Positions 24,357 to 36,880 of a stretch of DNA of 64,000 nucleotides are shown here, piece by piece; the stretch's first letter is position 1; each line of letters starts with the position of its first letter. The stretch comes from Chrysomallon squamiferum (taxonomy: Eukaryota > Animalia > Mollusca), in the NCBI GenBank assembly GCA_012295275.1, contig CM022676.1, positions 18,352,001 through 18,416,000 on the forward strand. Reading direction: 5' to 3'. Below the pieces are notes generated by a model. The model searched no databases, was not told where the DNA came from, and saw only the letters and a program-made list of their open reading frames with translations. Position numbers and translations under genes: made by a program.

Positions 24357-26112
24357 GAATGATCTCTAAATACATTCATACATACATACATATATATATC
24401 AGCCTTACAGAGAAATTCTTTGCCTGTGCTAATTCTTGAATTTTGATAGCATTAAAAATTTTACGTGTATTTCAGTGTGTTGACAACGGCGCACGTGAAG
24501 TTAGGGCAGCAATTCACTGCGCATCGTCACAAGGACAGGATTACTTGACAACACTGCAGCGCCTGCTTAAACAGACCGATATAAACCTCAATGTTGCCAA
24601 TTCCGATGGTATGAAAGTTTTCTAGTTTTAATTTATTTAAAACATACATGTATTAATTTAAAGTCTGTTTTCATTTTAGTTTTATTTCTTTATTAATTTA
24701 AATTCTATTTTAATTTTAGTTTTAATTTATTTTTTAATTTAAATTCTGTTTTAATTTTTGTTTTAATTTATTTTTAAAATTTTAGTTTAATTTATTTTTA
24801 ATTTAAATTCTGTTTTAAGTTAGGTTTATTTATTTTATTTTATTTATATTTTAATTTTAGTTATATTTATTTATTTAATTATTTTAATTTAAATTATATT
24901 TTAATTTTAGTATTATTTATCTATTTTAAATTAATATGTTCATTTATCTATTTAAATTATAATTTATGTTTATTAATTTAATTTATATTTTAATTTTAAG
25001 ATTATTTATTTAATTTAATTTAAATAATAATTTAATTTTAGGTCAGACAGCACTTCACTGTGCCATTCGTAACCATGGGAAACCACGCAAGGATGGGACA
25101 GGAATAATAAACAGCATTCCTATAATTGAACTGCTTATTAAATCTGGAGCTGATCCTAATGCTCAGGTAATTATGTCTGCACAGTTTGACAGACACACAG
25201 ACAAAAATAAGGCTGGCATTCTAACATAAGAACATTTGATATTTAACACATGAGTACATTTTACTGCAAGTAAATTTGACATTTTAATACTGGTATATTT
25301 TATATTTGAACACAGGCTGTTTTACATTTTAATACCAGTATGTTTGACATAATACACATATATTAAAATATTTTAATATTTTTGACCTCTTAATACAAGT
25401 GTATTAGACATTTGAATGAATATATCTGACTTTTTAATACATTTATATCTGACCTTTTAATACAAGTATGTTTTGGTATTTTACTATAAATTTATTAGAC
25501 TTTTCAGTGCAAGTTCAGTTTGACATTTAAATACAAGTAATATCACATTTTGATTAAAGTATAGTTTACCTTTTTATACCATTATATTTGACATTTTAAT
25601 ACATCTATTTTATTATTTTAAAAAAAGTAATTTAAGATATAAATTTGTTTGATATTTTAATAACAAGCATATATGATATAATAATATGAGTGTTTTTGAC
25701 AGTTTAAAACAAGTAATTTAACACGCACGTATATATTTGATATTTTAAAACAAGTGTATTTGACAATTTAAAGCAAGTAATTTAACACACACGTACATAT
25801 CTGATATTTGAATACAAGTAATTTCAGTTAAACAAGGGTTAAACATCTCTGTCTTCACAGGATAAGAAGAGTGGAAAGACCCCACTCATGTATGCGATGG
25901 AGTCGAAGAACATCGACCTCATTGAGAAAACTGTCAAGGCTATCACTGCTGCCGACCCACACAAGTTTCGCAGCTACCTGAAGGCGCAGTCGTTTGACGG
26001 CAAAAGTTGTCTTCGTATTATAGAGAGCATGAAGGCAGAATTCAATCCAGAGGCTTGGGAACGACTCGCTCACTTGTTTCCTAGCAACGGCCGGGGAGGG
26101 GCCAGTCTGTAA
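17976..26112 (+). CDS. IkB-family ankyrin-repeat protein with long Ser/Pro-rich N-terminus (NFKBIZ/NFKBID/BCL3-like), 8 exons, ~1002 aa
   Basis: Exons 17976-18060, 20022-22130, 22807-22906, 23255-23369, 24091-24180, 24476-24608, 25042-25166, 25861-26112. Ankyrin motifs DKDGDSYLHVAV, NNLRQTPLYLAV, NSDGQTALHCAI, DKKSGKTPLMYA; DSGIDS degron at 20993-21010. Exon 2 needs a -1 (~21395) and a +1 (~21760) frame correction. Confidence 0.85.
23365..23665. repeat. 37-bp minisatellite seeded at the exon-4 splice donor
   Basis: Unit CAGGTA(A/T)GTCAGTGA(C/T)AGTTTATAGTGGGGGTGGTTA, ~8 copies; the first overlaps the real donor at 23369/23370. Confidence 0.9.
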
Positions 26113-26406
26113 ATTTTGTCACTGTTGCAGAGAATCGTAACAGTTCTTGAACATTGTTATTTATACGTACATGACACACATTGTTACCATTGTTAATATT
26201 TCATTTGACTGTTAACTGTTAACTGCTTGTATTTTGTTTTTTAATTATTATTGTTACATTTTTGTTTGTGAAATGCAGTTACTTAGTGATTATGACAAGT
26301 ATTCAGTTATTTGTGCCTTCTATATTTAATTTCATTAATCAAAATTTGAAGTGTTTTTGGCAATACATTCCTAAACTCCTATTCTTCGTTACCTAACACA
26401 TGCATG

Positions 26407-26455
<49 letters not shown>

Positions 26456-28871
26456 TCATACATATATTTGTAAATATCATATATCTTTATTATCATGCTT
26501 CATAACTTTGTTACATTCTTAGATGGTATAATCAAGTTTTATCTCTGGCTTGTACATAAATTGTTTTATTGTTTTTAATGATTATAATACATAGTATTGA
26601 TGTGAATTTTAGATTAAATTTTACACACACACACACACACAAACAAGAACTGAATATATATATACCTTATATAAAGGAAAAAAACACACAAAAAAGCAAA
26701 AACAACAATGATTAGATTAATAGAATGTATCTGTGTGTGTGTGTGTATATATATATATCAAGCTAAAATACATAGGAACATGCTGGATGATGCTTTTCCA
26801 GAACTGTCTAAAAAAAAAAAAAAATGCCATGATGTTGTTTAAATTTAGATTATAGCATTGTTCTTGAGATTACAGTTATTTTCAGACAGTTTAGTGTAAT
26901 AATACTCTGATGTGTCTTTTATTATAATTTTTTAAAACTTTACTACCATTATGATTAATCAGTAAAATTAATATTTTTATTAGTGACATCTTCATTTTGA
27001 TGAATTCAGATTCGTAAATTACCATTTTTCTTGTTATCTCTGTGCCACATTTTGGTATTGTTGTAAATAATACTACTGTAATTGATAAATGGAGCAACAA
27101 CCATGTTTTGATATTTTAGTGTATTTATTTATTTATTTTTTTTTTTTAAAAAGTTTGTTGAGCTTTTAGTACAGATGTATAAAACATTTCAACATATAAT
27201 GATAATACTGATATAGCTGACATAACATCTTTATTATTTAATGATTTGATCATCTTGTTTTTTTAATGGTTCATCGTCTTGTTTTAGAGTATGTAATATA
27301 TACTTGAAATAACACCACCATTCATTTGGTATTATAAATAAAATTATTTGGCTGTTTATTTATACACACATAGGTTCCAAAAAAATACTTTTGAACTTGT
27401 CTGCTATGGCCATTCTAGTAACCAGGCAAAATGGTTGATAAAGACAGGTTATCATTATATTATAATGATTTGAATGAATATGCTCATACACACCTGCATA
27501 CATAGATGCATAATACATATATGCACATATATAATAATGTATCATTTATCTCTATCTCGTATCATTAGAAGGAGAAAGAATTAAAATAGTGCTACAAATC
27601 AACTGTCTCCCATTTTGATCTAGCTCTTAAATTTATTAATCTTGGTTATTTCTTACAAATATATTTTTGTTTTAAACATATTTTATATTTTTATCAATTT
27701 TTTAAACTCATTTTAGTGCTAAGCAAAATCAACAATAATTATACCCACCAAGAAATAATTGTTGCAAAGCAGAGGCCATAGGTCTCTGCATATAAATTCA
27801 TTGCTTATTGTTGCTATGGAAATTGCACATTTTCTTCAGTTTCACATATTAGAATTTAGAACACCAGAATATCGTACAGTTTGTTACATGTAAATATATT
27901 TCTTGTTTTTGCTTTAAAAATTGTGTATACGTACCGACGAAATGGTTGTTGTCAAAATATGGATATTTATTGAAGATTGTTACCATGAATACATTATTTT
28001 GCAGATGAATTTATTATTATTATTATTAGCCAATAGTACTTTCATATGATATAAAAATGTATATAGATAAGGAAACTGATTTGCTGAGTTAATCTGGAGT
28101 AATATTTTATGAATAAGTTGATTAGATATGTCATATCGTGCTAACATTGAAATAGGTAATTACATCATATCATATATGGAAACAACTAAAGACGTCACCA
28201 TTGGATAAACAGTTACGTCATATCATGTTTGTTTAACAAAGTAATTTTTCACTGTAAATAAATATTTGTTTGTCTCCTTGGTTTTGTCATGTTTATATGT
28301 GAAGGTAAGAATGTTTGTAGTGACAATGACGTCATAGAACGCGCGCTGTGTATGTGTGTTCTATATGAATATAAATTAAAATGTTACAGACGTAATTAAA
28401 AACTAATATCTAACGAGTAACAATTGAGGAAACTCGAGAAAAAAGTAACAGTCTTTATTAAATTATTTTATTATATAAATTTTATTAGTTTGCATATGTT
28501 TTTACAATATGTCATGGTATATATGAAACAAAATTCTTACACATGCATGCAAACACCGTCAGAAATATATCTATGTTACGTATACCTTGTTCTTCCATTC
28601 TTATTCATATTTTTAAAAGTTATATATACACTCATGTATTTTAGCGTTATAAACACATTTATCTGATTACATAATACACTGTCTGGCACAGTCACAGACA
28701 CAATGTTTATTAAATGTACCATACGTTGTACATCCATAATATATTGGTACGATTTCTAACGCGCGTGCGCACACACACTGACTGTCTCTCTCACACACAC
28801 ACGTTTATAAAATAAATCAGACGAGAAAACACGCACACGCGCACACACACAGTCATTATAAGGAATGGACG

Positions 28872-31800
28872 TCAATGTTTTTTAAGAGGACGAAACTTGA
28901 ATTTCACGTAAAGACGACTTGAGTCTAAACTTTTGTTTTCAGTAACATTTTTGTTGTCTTCATTTTCTTCTAATATCACTCCAGAGTTTGTCGGATCCGC
29001 ATTGATGGGAGTAATATTTTCAGAAAAATCTTTTTCCGTCTCTGTTTCACCTGAACTGAACTGAAGGTCTAACGTTTTAGTAATTGAATCGTGACCATCA
29101 GGATTTCCAGTTCCAGCACAATCCTGTCCAGGAGCTTCTCTCGAGCAGGAATCTAAATCGCGACTGGCAGATTCACTGGAACTGTTTTGATATGTCCTCT
29201 GTCCCACAGTTCCTGCTGAAAACAAGTCTGATTGTAATGTGTTGCAACCTGAGAAAGGAATTTCTGCTAAACTGTTTACCACTGACGATAATGAGTTTGT
29301 GATGTCTGAAAACTCTGAATACCGAGTGACAGGAATAAGTGTGCACAAATCGTCCAGTTCATCAGGACTTTGACTGTCTTGCTCACGTAAGCAGATGTCG
29401 CCCGTAATGTCGACATACATTTCAGTTTTGTCTACACTTTCAGGACAGATCGAGTAATCCTCGGTCTCGACGTTAGCCACATTGTTCTGCGAGCTGTTAC
29501 TTGGTCTGTCTAATGAATCAACTGTGCTGACGTCTGCTTGTTCCGATATGCTTGCCATCTCTTGTTCTTCGGCAATGCTCGAATCTAACGGTATAAAAGT
29601 TCTCAGTTCGACCGCACTCGGATCAGATGACGTTATCGTGTTACCATGTTCGACAACATTCGGATCATGGGACATTGTTGGGACATTTCTAACAGCTGAA
29701 GTCTTCAGTTCTGCTACTTCATCTGCATTATGTTTAGATGACGTCATATCGTCTGTTATTATTGCAAAGCTCTGATCAGATGACGTCAACAGATCTCTTG
29801 GTTCAACGACATTCGACTCTGTTAGAACATCAATGTTTGGGTGAGAAAACGTCATCCTGGCTCTTTTCTCATTCTTCTTATCGAAGACGTTTTCCTCTCT
29901 GCCGTTGACTAGCAGCTTGGACGACAACATATCTTCCTCTTCGTGTTTCTGTTTCTCCACCAGCCTCGGTCTGCTCCTTCTCTTGAATGGGAGGCACTCG
30001 AGACAGTTGCAGTTGAAGAGAGCTAGCCGCTCCATGTGACCATCCAGCTCCTTACTTGACAGAAGCTTCGTCTTTTCAGCGCGATGGGTGTCTTCCTGCT
30101 GCCACCTGGAGTTAAAACATCGGCATTCTTTGTCGCCAACAATCTGCCTGATGACGCTCACCACCGACATCGCTGAAGTTATGTCGTCAAGCTTAGAGCT
30201 CGCACGTTTCCAAAATCTCTCTAGCGGCCCAATGGCCAGAGAAAAGTAATCGGAGTAGGGCAGATCGGAACAGATGGGGTACGGCTTTAGGATGGCCTTC
30301 TCGTACACATGTTGCGATTTCAACTTCTGCTGTTTGAGGCTGCTCGTGGATTCGACGACGTAGAGGCCCGGGCAGATGTGGTTCACGATGATGATGGCGA
30401 GTGACGGGTCACTGTCGTAGACGAGCAGCGCGTTCAGATACGGCGGAACACTGGAAGTCCTCAGCTCGCTGTTTTCGCTGAGGTACACGGTCATGACCCT
30501 TGACCTGCATCTCGCCACGCCCTTGTTATTAACGATCTGCGTACCGGCAACGTAGTACGCCTTATTGGGATTGGGAATAAGCTCCTCCACACAGTCTTTG
30601 TTCATCCTCTGCTGATCCTCTCTGGAAATAGGCACTCTGAAGTGAACCGGCTGCTTGTTCGCTGGGTTCAACGACTGAAACATTTTGTCCAAACAACGCA
30701 GCGGAATGTAGAGGACAGTTTTATTGCTACCGTCTTGCAGCTCCTCCCGCATATACATGACCATGTCAGACTGAGTTTTCAACTTGTCCCGACTGGTACT
30801 CGACTTTCGATTGACTTCGGAAGACTCGGCTGGTTTCGGCAAGCTTGTCACGTTAATCTTTTTCACTTTTTTCAACGGCGAATGGTCCCCATCACCACAG
30901 CCTGTCTTCATGTCAGACGCTGATTGGATGCACCTGCGGATTTTAAACCTGGGCGAAGCAGACGCCGAATCAAGATCGTGTTGTGTGTATGCTTCTTGTC
31001 TTTGATCGGCAAACCTCGGTTTTGAGACGGAGGAGTCGTTACAACACTCCAGATCGTTCGCGGAGTTGGTGAGAATTCCCGAGGTCACCTTCGTCGAATT
31101 ATTGATAAGAACAAACTTCTCTTCGCCAGTCGGGTAGCGGATTTTCACAGTTTTCTTCTGGGCCGGCGCCATCTTTGAACTTTTCGTCAACTCATTCTTC
31201 TGTCCAGCAGCTTTTCGTTTAGGCGAACTTGTGACATCATCAGTACATGGTGACTGGGTTTCTTCTGTGTTGGGTGACTCTGTCACAACTTTACTGGAAG
31301 ACTGTTTCACTTGTGAGTTCGATGGCTGTATACCGATTCTGCTGGATGACTCATTTACAACTCTACTGGGTAACTGTTTCATAAATCTAATTGGTGATTG
31401 TGTTAGAAGTCTAAGTGGTGACGAGCTCGTAGGTTTACACTGTATGTGTTTCAGAACTGTTGCGGGAGACTGTTCCAAAACTGTACAGGGTGACTTGTTC
31501 AGAACTGTAACAGGTGATTGTTTCAGAGCTGTGTAAGGTGACTGCGTCAGAGCTGAACTAGGTGACAGGTAAGATACTGTATTAAGTGACTGATTTGAAG
31601 CTGTACAAGATGACTGATTAAGTACTGCCCTGGGTGACTGTTCCAGAAATGCACGAGGTGACTGGATCAGTATTCTAGATGACTGGCTTACTCGTCCAGG
31701 TGACTGGCTCACTGCTGTAGATGAATGGCTTACTATGCTGCGTGACTGGTTCACTGCCGTACTAGATGACTGGCTCACTGTTCTTGGTGACTGGCTTACC

Positions 31801-32244
31801 GGTCTAGGTGACTGGATCAGTGCTCTGGGTGACTGCTTCAGAACTGCACTAGCTGACTGTTTCAGAACCATACCTGGGGATTGTTTCAGAAGTAAACTTG
31901 GTGACTTTTTCAGAGCTGTACCAGCTAACTGGTTCACAACTGCAACAGGTGACTGCCTCGCAGTTGCCGTAGCTGACTCTTTAGGTGAAGTATCATTTTC
32001 TGGTTCTTTCACGTCAGATGTTGCTGTTGACGTCTTCATGAAAGTGTTAACCACGACATCGGCATCTCTGTCAGCTGCTGAGTCTATGCCAGCATCCAGA
32101 TGCGACGCCGCCCTGTCAATAAACTTTGTTAGCCCAATCACGTCATCGTTTTTTCCCGACGTACGAAATGGGAATCATTCGGTGCAACATCCGATCGTTG
32201 ATTCTGAAAAGTGGCGACAGCTTCAGCTGAAGTTTGTGAAACGT
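28872..32244 (-). CDS. Uncharacterised large protein, terminal coding exon (QSP repeats, Cys-containing central region, acidic tail)
   Basis: 1089-codon open frame in a GC-elevated island; acceptor TTTCAG| at 32245; joins the upstream exon in phase 1 but needs one extra base near 32150-32178. Confidence 0.75.
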
Positions 32245-32634
32245 CTGAAATAAATAAATAAACAAATTAATGAATTAATAAATAAATAAGTCTGACAAAA
32301 TTAATAATCAAGTTATAATGGTTTCAACCTGCTGTAAAATTTACACTGTTGCTATAACAGTGATCACGTCTGGTAGATCAAAGAAATCTTCAGTAGAGAA
32401 GTGTCTAGAAGTGATAGCAAAATACGGCAGCACAGAATGAATTTCCAGTTTAATACTACGGTTATCGTATCGAAATAAATATAGTCAGTGAAGAACGCGC
32501 AAATTAAGTATATGTTTATGAAACATGTAAGAAAGAACAAAATCAAGCTGCAAAGAAAATAAATTAATAAGTAAGTAAGTAAGACAGTAACAAACTAACT
32601 AACTAAATAAATAAATAAATAAATAAATAAATAC

Positions 32635-34873
32635 CTCTTATAGTTTTAGAATTCGTCATTTTCGATTTTACAGGAGTTCTCTTTGTGTTGTTCTGTTTGG
32701 CTGAATCAGATGAAGCGGTACTTGGTAAACATGTTCTCGTCATTTCGACGTCGGCTGCTGTGGACACATCGCCGCCTTCAGATATGTGGCTGCTTGTGTC
32801 GTTCTTGACCGCTTCATTCGACGGCCGACTCAACGACATGACGGAAATTCTGCTGCCCAGGTCAATGAAGCAGTCTTGCAGCCCGTACGTGTCTCGCATT
32901 TTCGAATCAGTCATTGGGTTACCTTTTAGTGGCGTTCCCGTTTTATCGTCTCCGAAACCTTTGTCATGGTGATATTTACATCTCTTTACAGGCACGTGAC
33001 CTTCTCGCTTGACCTTCACATCATGTTCACGGGCAGGACATTTTTTGGTATCAGTTCTCAGCGATATCTGGTCGCTCGGTTTGTTCAGCTGCTCTGTCTG
33101 CGGAAACGATACATGAGTCATCTCCCCTTTGACGTCAGCGGCATACTCCTGATAGCACTCTGTTAAAGAGCAGTGAAGGGCAATGATGGGGTCACGCGAC
33201 GTTGAAGGACATTCGACGCTGGCTGATCCAGTCTCGATTTTTATTTCCTTGGTTTGAGAAAAGCTATTAAATCTTGATCTAGATGCCGCATTTTCGTGAG
33301 TTGTCTGGAAAGGACTGGTTGTCGACGTTTTGTTCATCTTCGTTCGTAATCGTAGCAGGAATGACGTGAAACGTCGTGGATACGAATATTCTCCAGATTC
33401 ACGTTTTCTCTGGCAACAGAGGCATGGAGCAAACATGGCATGAGGACTATTCACAAAGTAACGCTCACATGAAGGGTCTGGCACCGTTGCCATGACATCT
33501 GTCTTCACATCAACGCCATCATTTACGTGATGGACCGTGGTCGCATACTGCGAGGTATTTTGGTTAATAGCTTTTAACCAGCTCTCCAGGGCGCATTCAA
33601 ATTCGTGAGAATCTAGACTTAGTTCATCACGATTTGACGTAGATTGTTGAAAATGTTCGCTCTCAGGCGACATCAGTGACGTAAAACAGTTTAGTCTTTG
33701 TCTGTCGCGCGATGACGAAGTAACAAAATGATGGGCGTTAGCTGCTTGTTCAAATGTTTCTCGTTTCGTTTGTTTCAGTTTGTGTCTCTTCCTTCTTTGA
33801 CTGACACTCGAACTGCTTGCCAGACACCACCCATGACCGATGTCCCTGCTAGACGACGGGTTGGGCTGCCCGACGTCATCAACGCATCCAAAATATCTGC
33901 AAGACATCTGCCTGGATTCGAATCTGCTGCTCTGACCTGTCACCTTGTCGTGTCCGCATTTACTTCCTTCGCTCATGGACGGGCCGAGTTCATTCGTAAA
34001 GAATGGCTTCTTCTTCTTCTTTTTCTTCTTCTTCTTTTTCTTTTTCTTCTTTTTCTTCACTAATGATAATCCAGCTGTCTGGTTTGTAAAATCAGGTGGC
34101 GCCGCGATAAAACTTGGAAAACAGGGGAAGGGAAATGGTACAGGAGGATACGCAGCTGACGGTGAAAAATTCAGAGCACTGGCAGACCCAAACATCAGTT
34201 TTGTTTGGTCGTTGCTGTCGGTGGTGCGTCTCTCAGCTGATGTGAAACTGAAGTTGGAGAACAACCTTTGTGATGTGACGTCATAGTTGCCGACGTGACA
34301 AGAATGGACGTTAACTTTTTCAGCGGTTGCGATTTGTTGACCATTCAGTGGCATTCTGTTTGCGTCACTCGAATGGTTTCTTCTGCTTGTTGATGGTGGG
34401 AAAATTTTCGGAAGATCCCCATCGTCGTTCAGTTTAGAGACGCGTTCTGAGTATCTCTTTCTCCACATGTTTCTCCTCCTTCTTCTCCTGTTCAGAGTTC
34501 GGTTGTTTCTGGCAATAATTTCTCCTGCTTTCTCAATCAGCGAAACAATATCGTTGTCGTAAGATGCTCCTTGTTTTGGTGAGGAAGGACAAGCTGAATC
34601 TTCATCATGCTGATGTTCCCGTTTACAACATACAGAAATGACGTCAGAATCGTCGTCGTCAATGTTCATCTCGTGCGGATCATTTCCTTCTGACAAACTG
34701 GTTGAAACTGGATTGTTGCCACTGATAACGGTGTGGTTTGGCGACGAGTGACAGCATATCGTTGTCGGAGCCAGATGGCACGCGCAGCCGTCACCATGGC
34801 AGCCACAAATGGAAGACTGTCCTGTTGGCTGATTCGATTTGCGACGTCTCCGTTTTCGGCGTTTTCTCGCCAT
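32635..34873 (-). CDS. Uncharacterised large protein, first coding exon (Arg/Lys-rich, likely nuclear)
   Basis: 746 open codons from ATG 34873 to donor AGAG|GTATTT; acceptor TTTTACAG just upstream of the ATG; basic clusters MARKRRKRRRRK, RRRRRR, K17. Confidence 0.75.
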
Positions 34874-35473
34874 CGGTATAGTTTCTCATCTGTAAAAAAT
34901 TTCACATTTAACTACGTCTAAAGAAGACTGACTGTATGCTACATATGAAATATTGCGGCCTGTATGGGAACATGTCAGTATGTAACAAGAAATAAAACTG
35001 TAAATCTATATTAGTTAGAACCTAACCGCTTATCTGTCGAAAAGCATATGTGTTTGATACTATGTTTTTTTGTTGTTGTTTTTTTCTTTTGTTGGTGTTG
35101 TTGTTTTGGGGGTTTTTTTAAATAAATAAAATAAAATCTTCTAAAATAACTATTTTTGAAAAGAGATAATCTATTAAGTGACCCTATAACTGATTTAGGC
35201 TCTTGGAGGACCCTCTTTTATCCTTTAAAAATCCGGGCCCGGATTTTTTGTGACTGTTAGCAGGAAGTACATACGTGTGAATTTTGATACCCAATACTGG
35301 GTACCCGCAGAGCTCTTGTCTTACTGAAAAACAATGAATTACTGATGTGTAGTCATTATACCATCATGGTTTCAGATTTTTGCTATATGCGACGGTTTTA
35401 AACTTACCAAAAGCAGTTTTAACGTTTGTTCAATCAGGTTGTCCACTATTAAACGTTGGCCATTCTAAACAAA

Positions 35474-35498
35474 TGACGTCATGCAGGCCGTGACGTCA
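35474..35498. promoter_or_regulatory. Tandem palindromic CRE sites upstream of the orphan gene
   Basis: TGACGTCA at 35474-35481 and 35491-35498, just upstream of a likely non-coding exon ending at donor TTG|GTAAGT (35408). Confidence 0.55.
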
Positions 35499-35679
35499 GG
35501 TGGCTAATGTTCGGAAGCAGCTTCATTATGAACAGACAAAAAGAGACCCGAAGAGTAGTAGATAAAACGGCAAAAACATCAGTATATACATATATATAAA
35601 ATATGTAAAATAAAATTCATTTTAATATCAAGTGAGTTTAATGTTATAAAGCTTCACTGCTTGTCAACCATGTAGTAAA

Positions 35680-35724
<45 letters not shown>

Positions 35725-35966
35725 TAAAATATTGAAATAAAAAAGCACAATAATAAATAAAAATAAATAAATAAATAAATAAAAATAAAACTTCAAAAAC
35801 CCAAATAGAAAAACAAAAAACAAACAAGAGTCAATGTCAAAATATCTTTATTAAAGAAAATACTTTAGCTTTTAATATTACTAGTTTTTGTGTAAAACAA
35901 TTTATTGTTATGATTATAAACTCAAAACAAAATGATACCATGCTGGTGAAAAGTAAGACATTAAAA

Positions 35967-35998
<32 letters not shown>

Positions 35999-36005
35999 TT
36001 AACTG

Positions 36006-36257
36006 TATGAGAACAAAATTAATTACAACTGAAATATAGTTGAACGCTGATGGAATTAATACAAAATAAAGCGTAAATATGAATTTAAAATTTCGAGGAA
36101 ATTTCAGCTATTTTAAATTAGTATTTTTCTTTTCTTTATTATTATTATTTTTTTATATTTTCCTGTTTCAGTCGATATATTCTCTTGGGAAGGAAACGTT
36201 GACAGTTTAATGATTGAACAAATTGTCATAGATACAAACTGATGGAACTCAAACGCA
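36006..36257 (+). repeat. ~250-bp direct repeat, copy 1
   Basis: Closely matches 37458-37710 from TATGAGAACAAAATT to CTCAAACGCA. Confidence 0.9.
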
Positions 36258-36880
36258 GGTATTAATTTTTTTCTCCCTCTCTTTTATTTGTACTTTTTTT
36301 TTTCTTCTGTAATATGTGATTTTATTTCTGAAGTGAACAGTTTATTGGTTAATAATAATATTTTACAAAATATGTACTGCAGTCAAAACAGTAAAAATAA
36401 TTTACATTTGATAAAAATATATATAAAATTTTCATTTTATTCTTTATTTCGTAATTTAAAGAAATTTTTCTTTTTAGAATGCTTTTAAAAATGTCTCCTT
36501 CCTTCTCTGTTTTATGTTTATGTTGTTTGTTGTGTGCGTGTCGTTATGTAACATATGTCAACCAATGAATTACACCAGTAAAATCAGATATAGTTAAATA
36601 TACATTTAAGTTCAGGTAAACAAAGGTTTAAATAAATTAAATGTTCGTTTAAAGTCAGCTTAATTTAAGTTTAAATTTTGTTAAAAATATATTTAAATTA
36701 GTTAAAGACAGGTTTATATTAAGTCACATCAAATATAGGTCTTAGTTGAATTTAGTTAAATATCATTAAACAGTTAAACACAAGTTTTAGTTCAGTTAAA
36801 TGTAGATTGAAGTCCGTTAAATAGCTGTAGGTTTAAATGGACGAATGTTTATACGGGTTAAAATTCACTTGTTAATTGTA

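Noticed and set aside
26113-27360. Roquin/Regnase-type decay stem-loops in the IkB-like 3' UTR
   Set aside because: AU-rich motifs are present but common in this AT-rich background; no convincing tri-loop hairpin found by eye.
29084-34921. Plus-strand ORFs overlapping the orphan gene
   Set aside because: Antisense shadows of long GC-richer coding exons.
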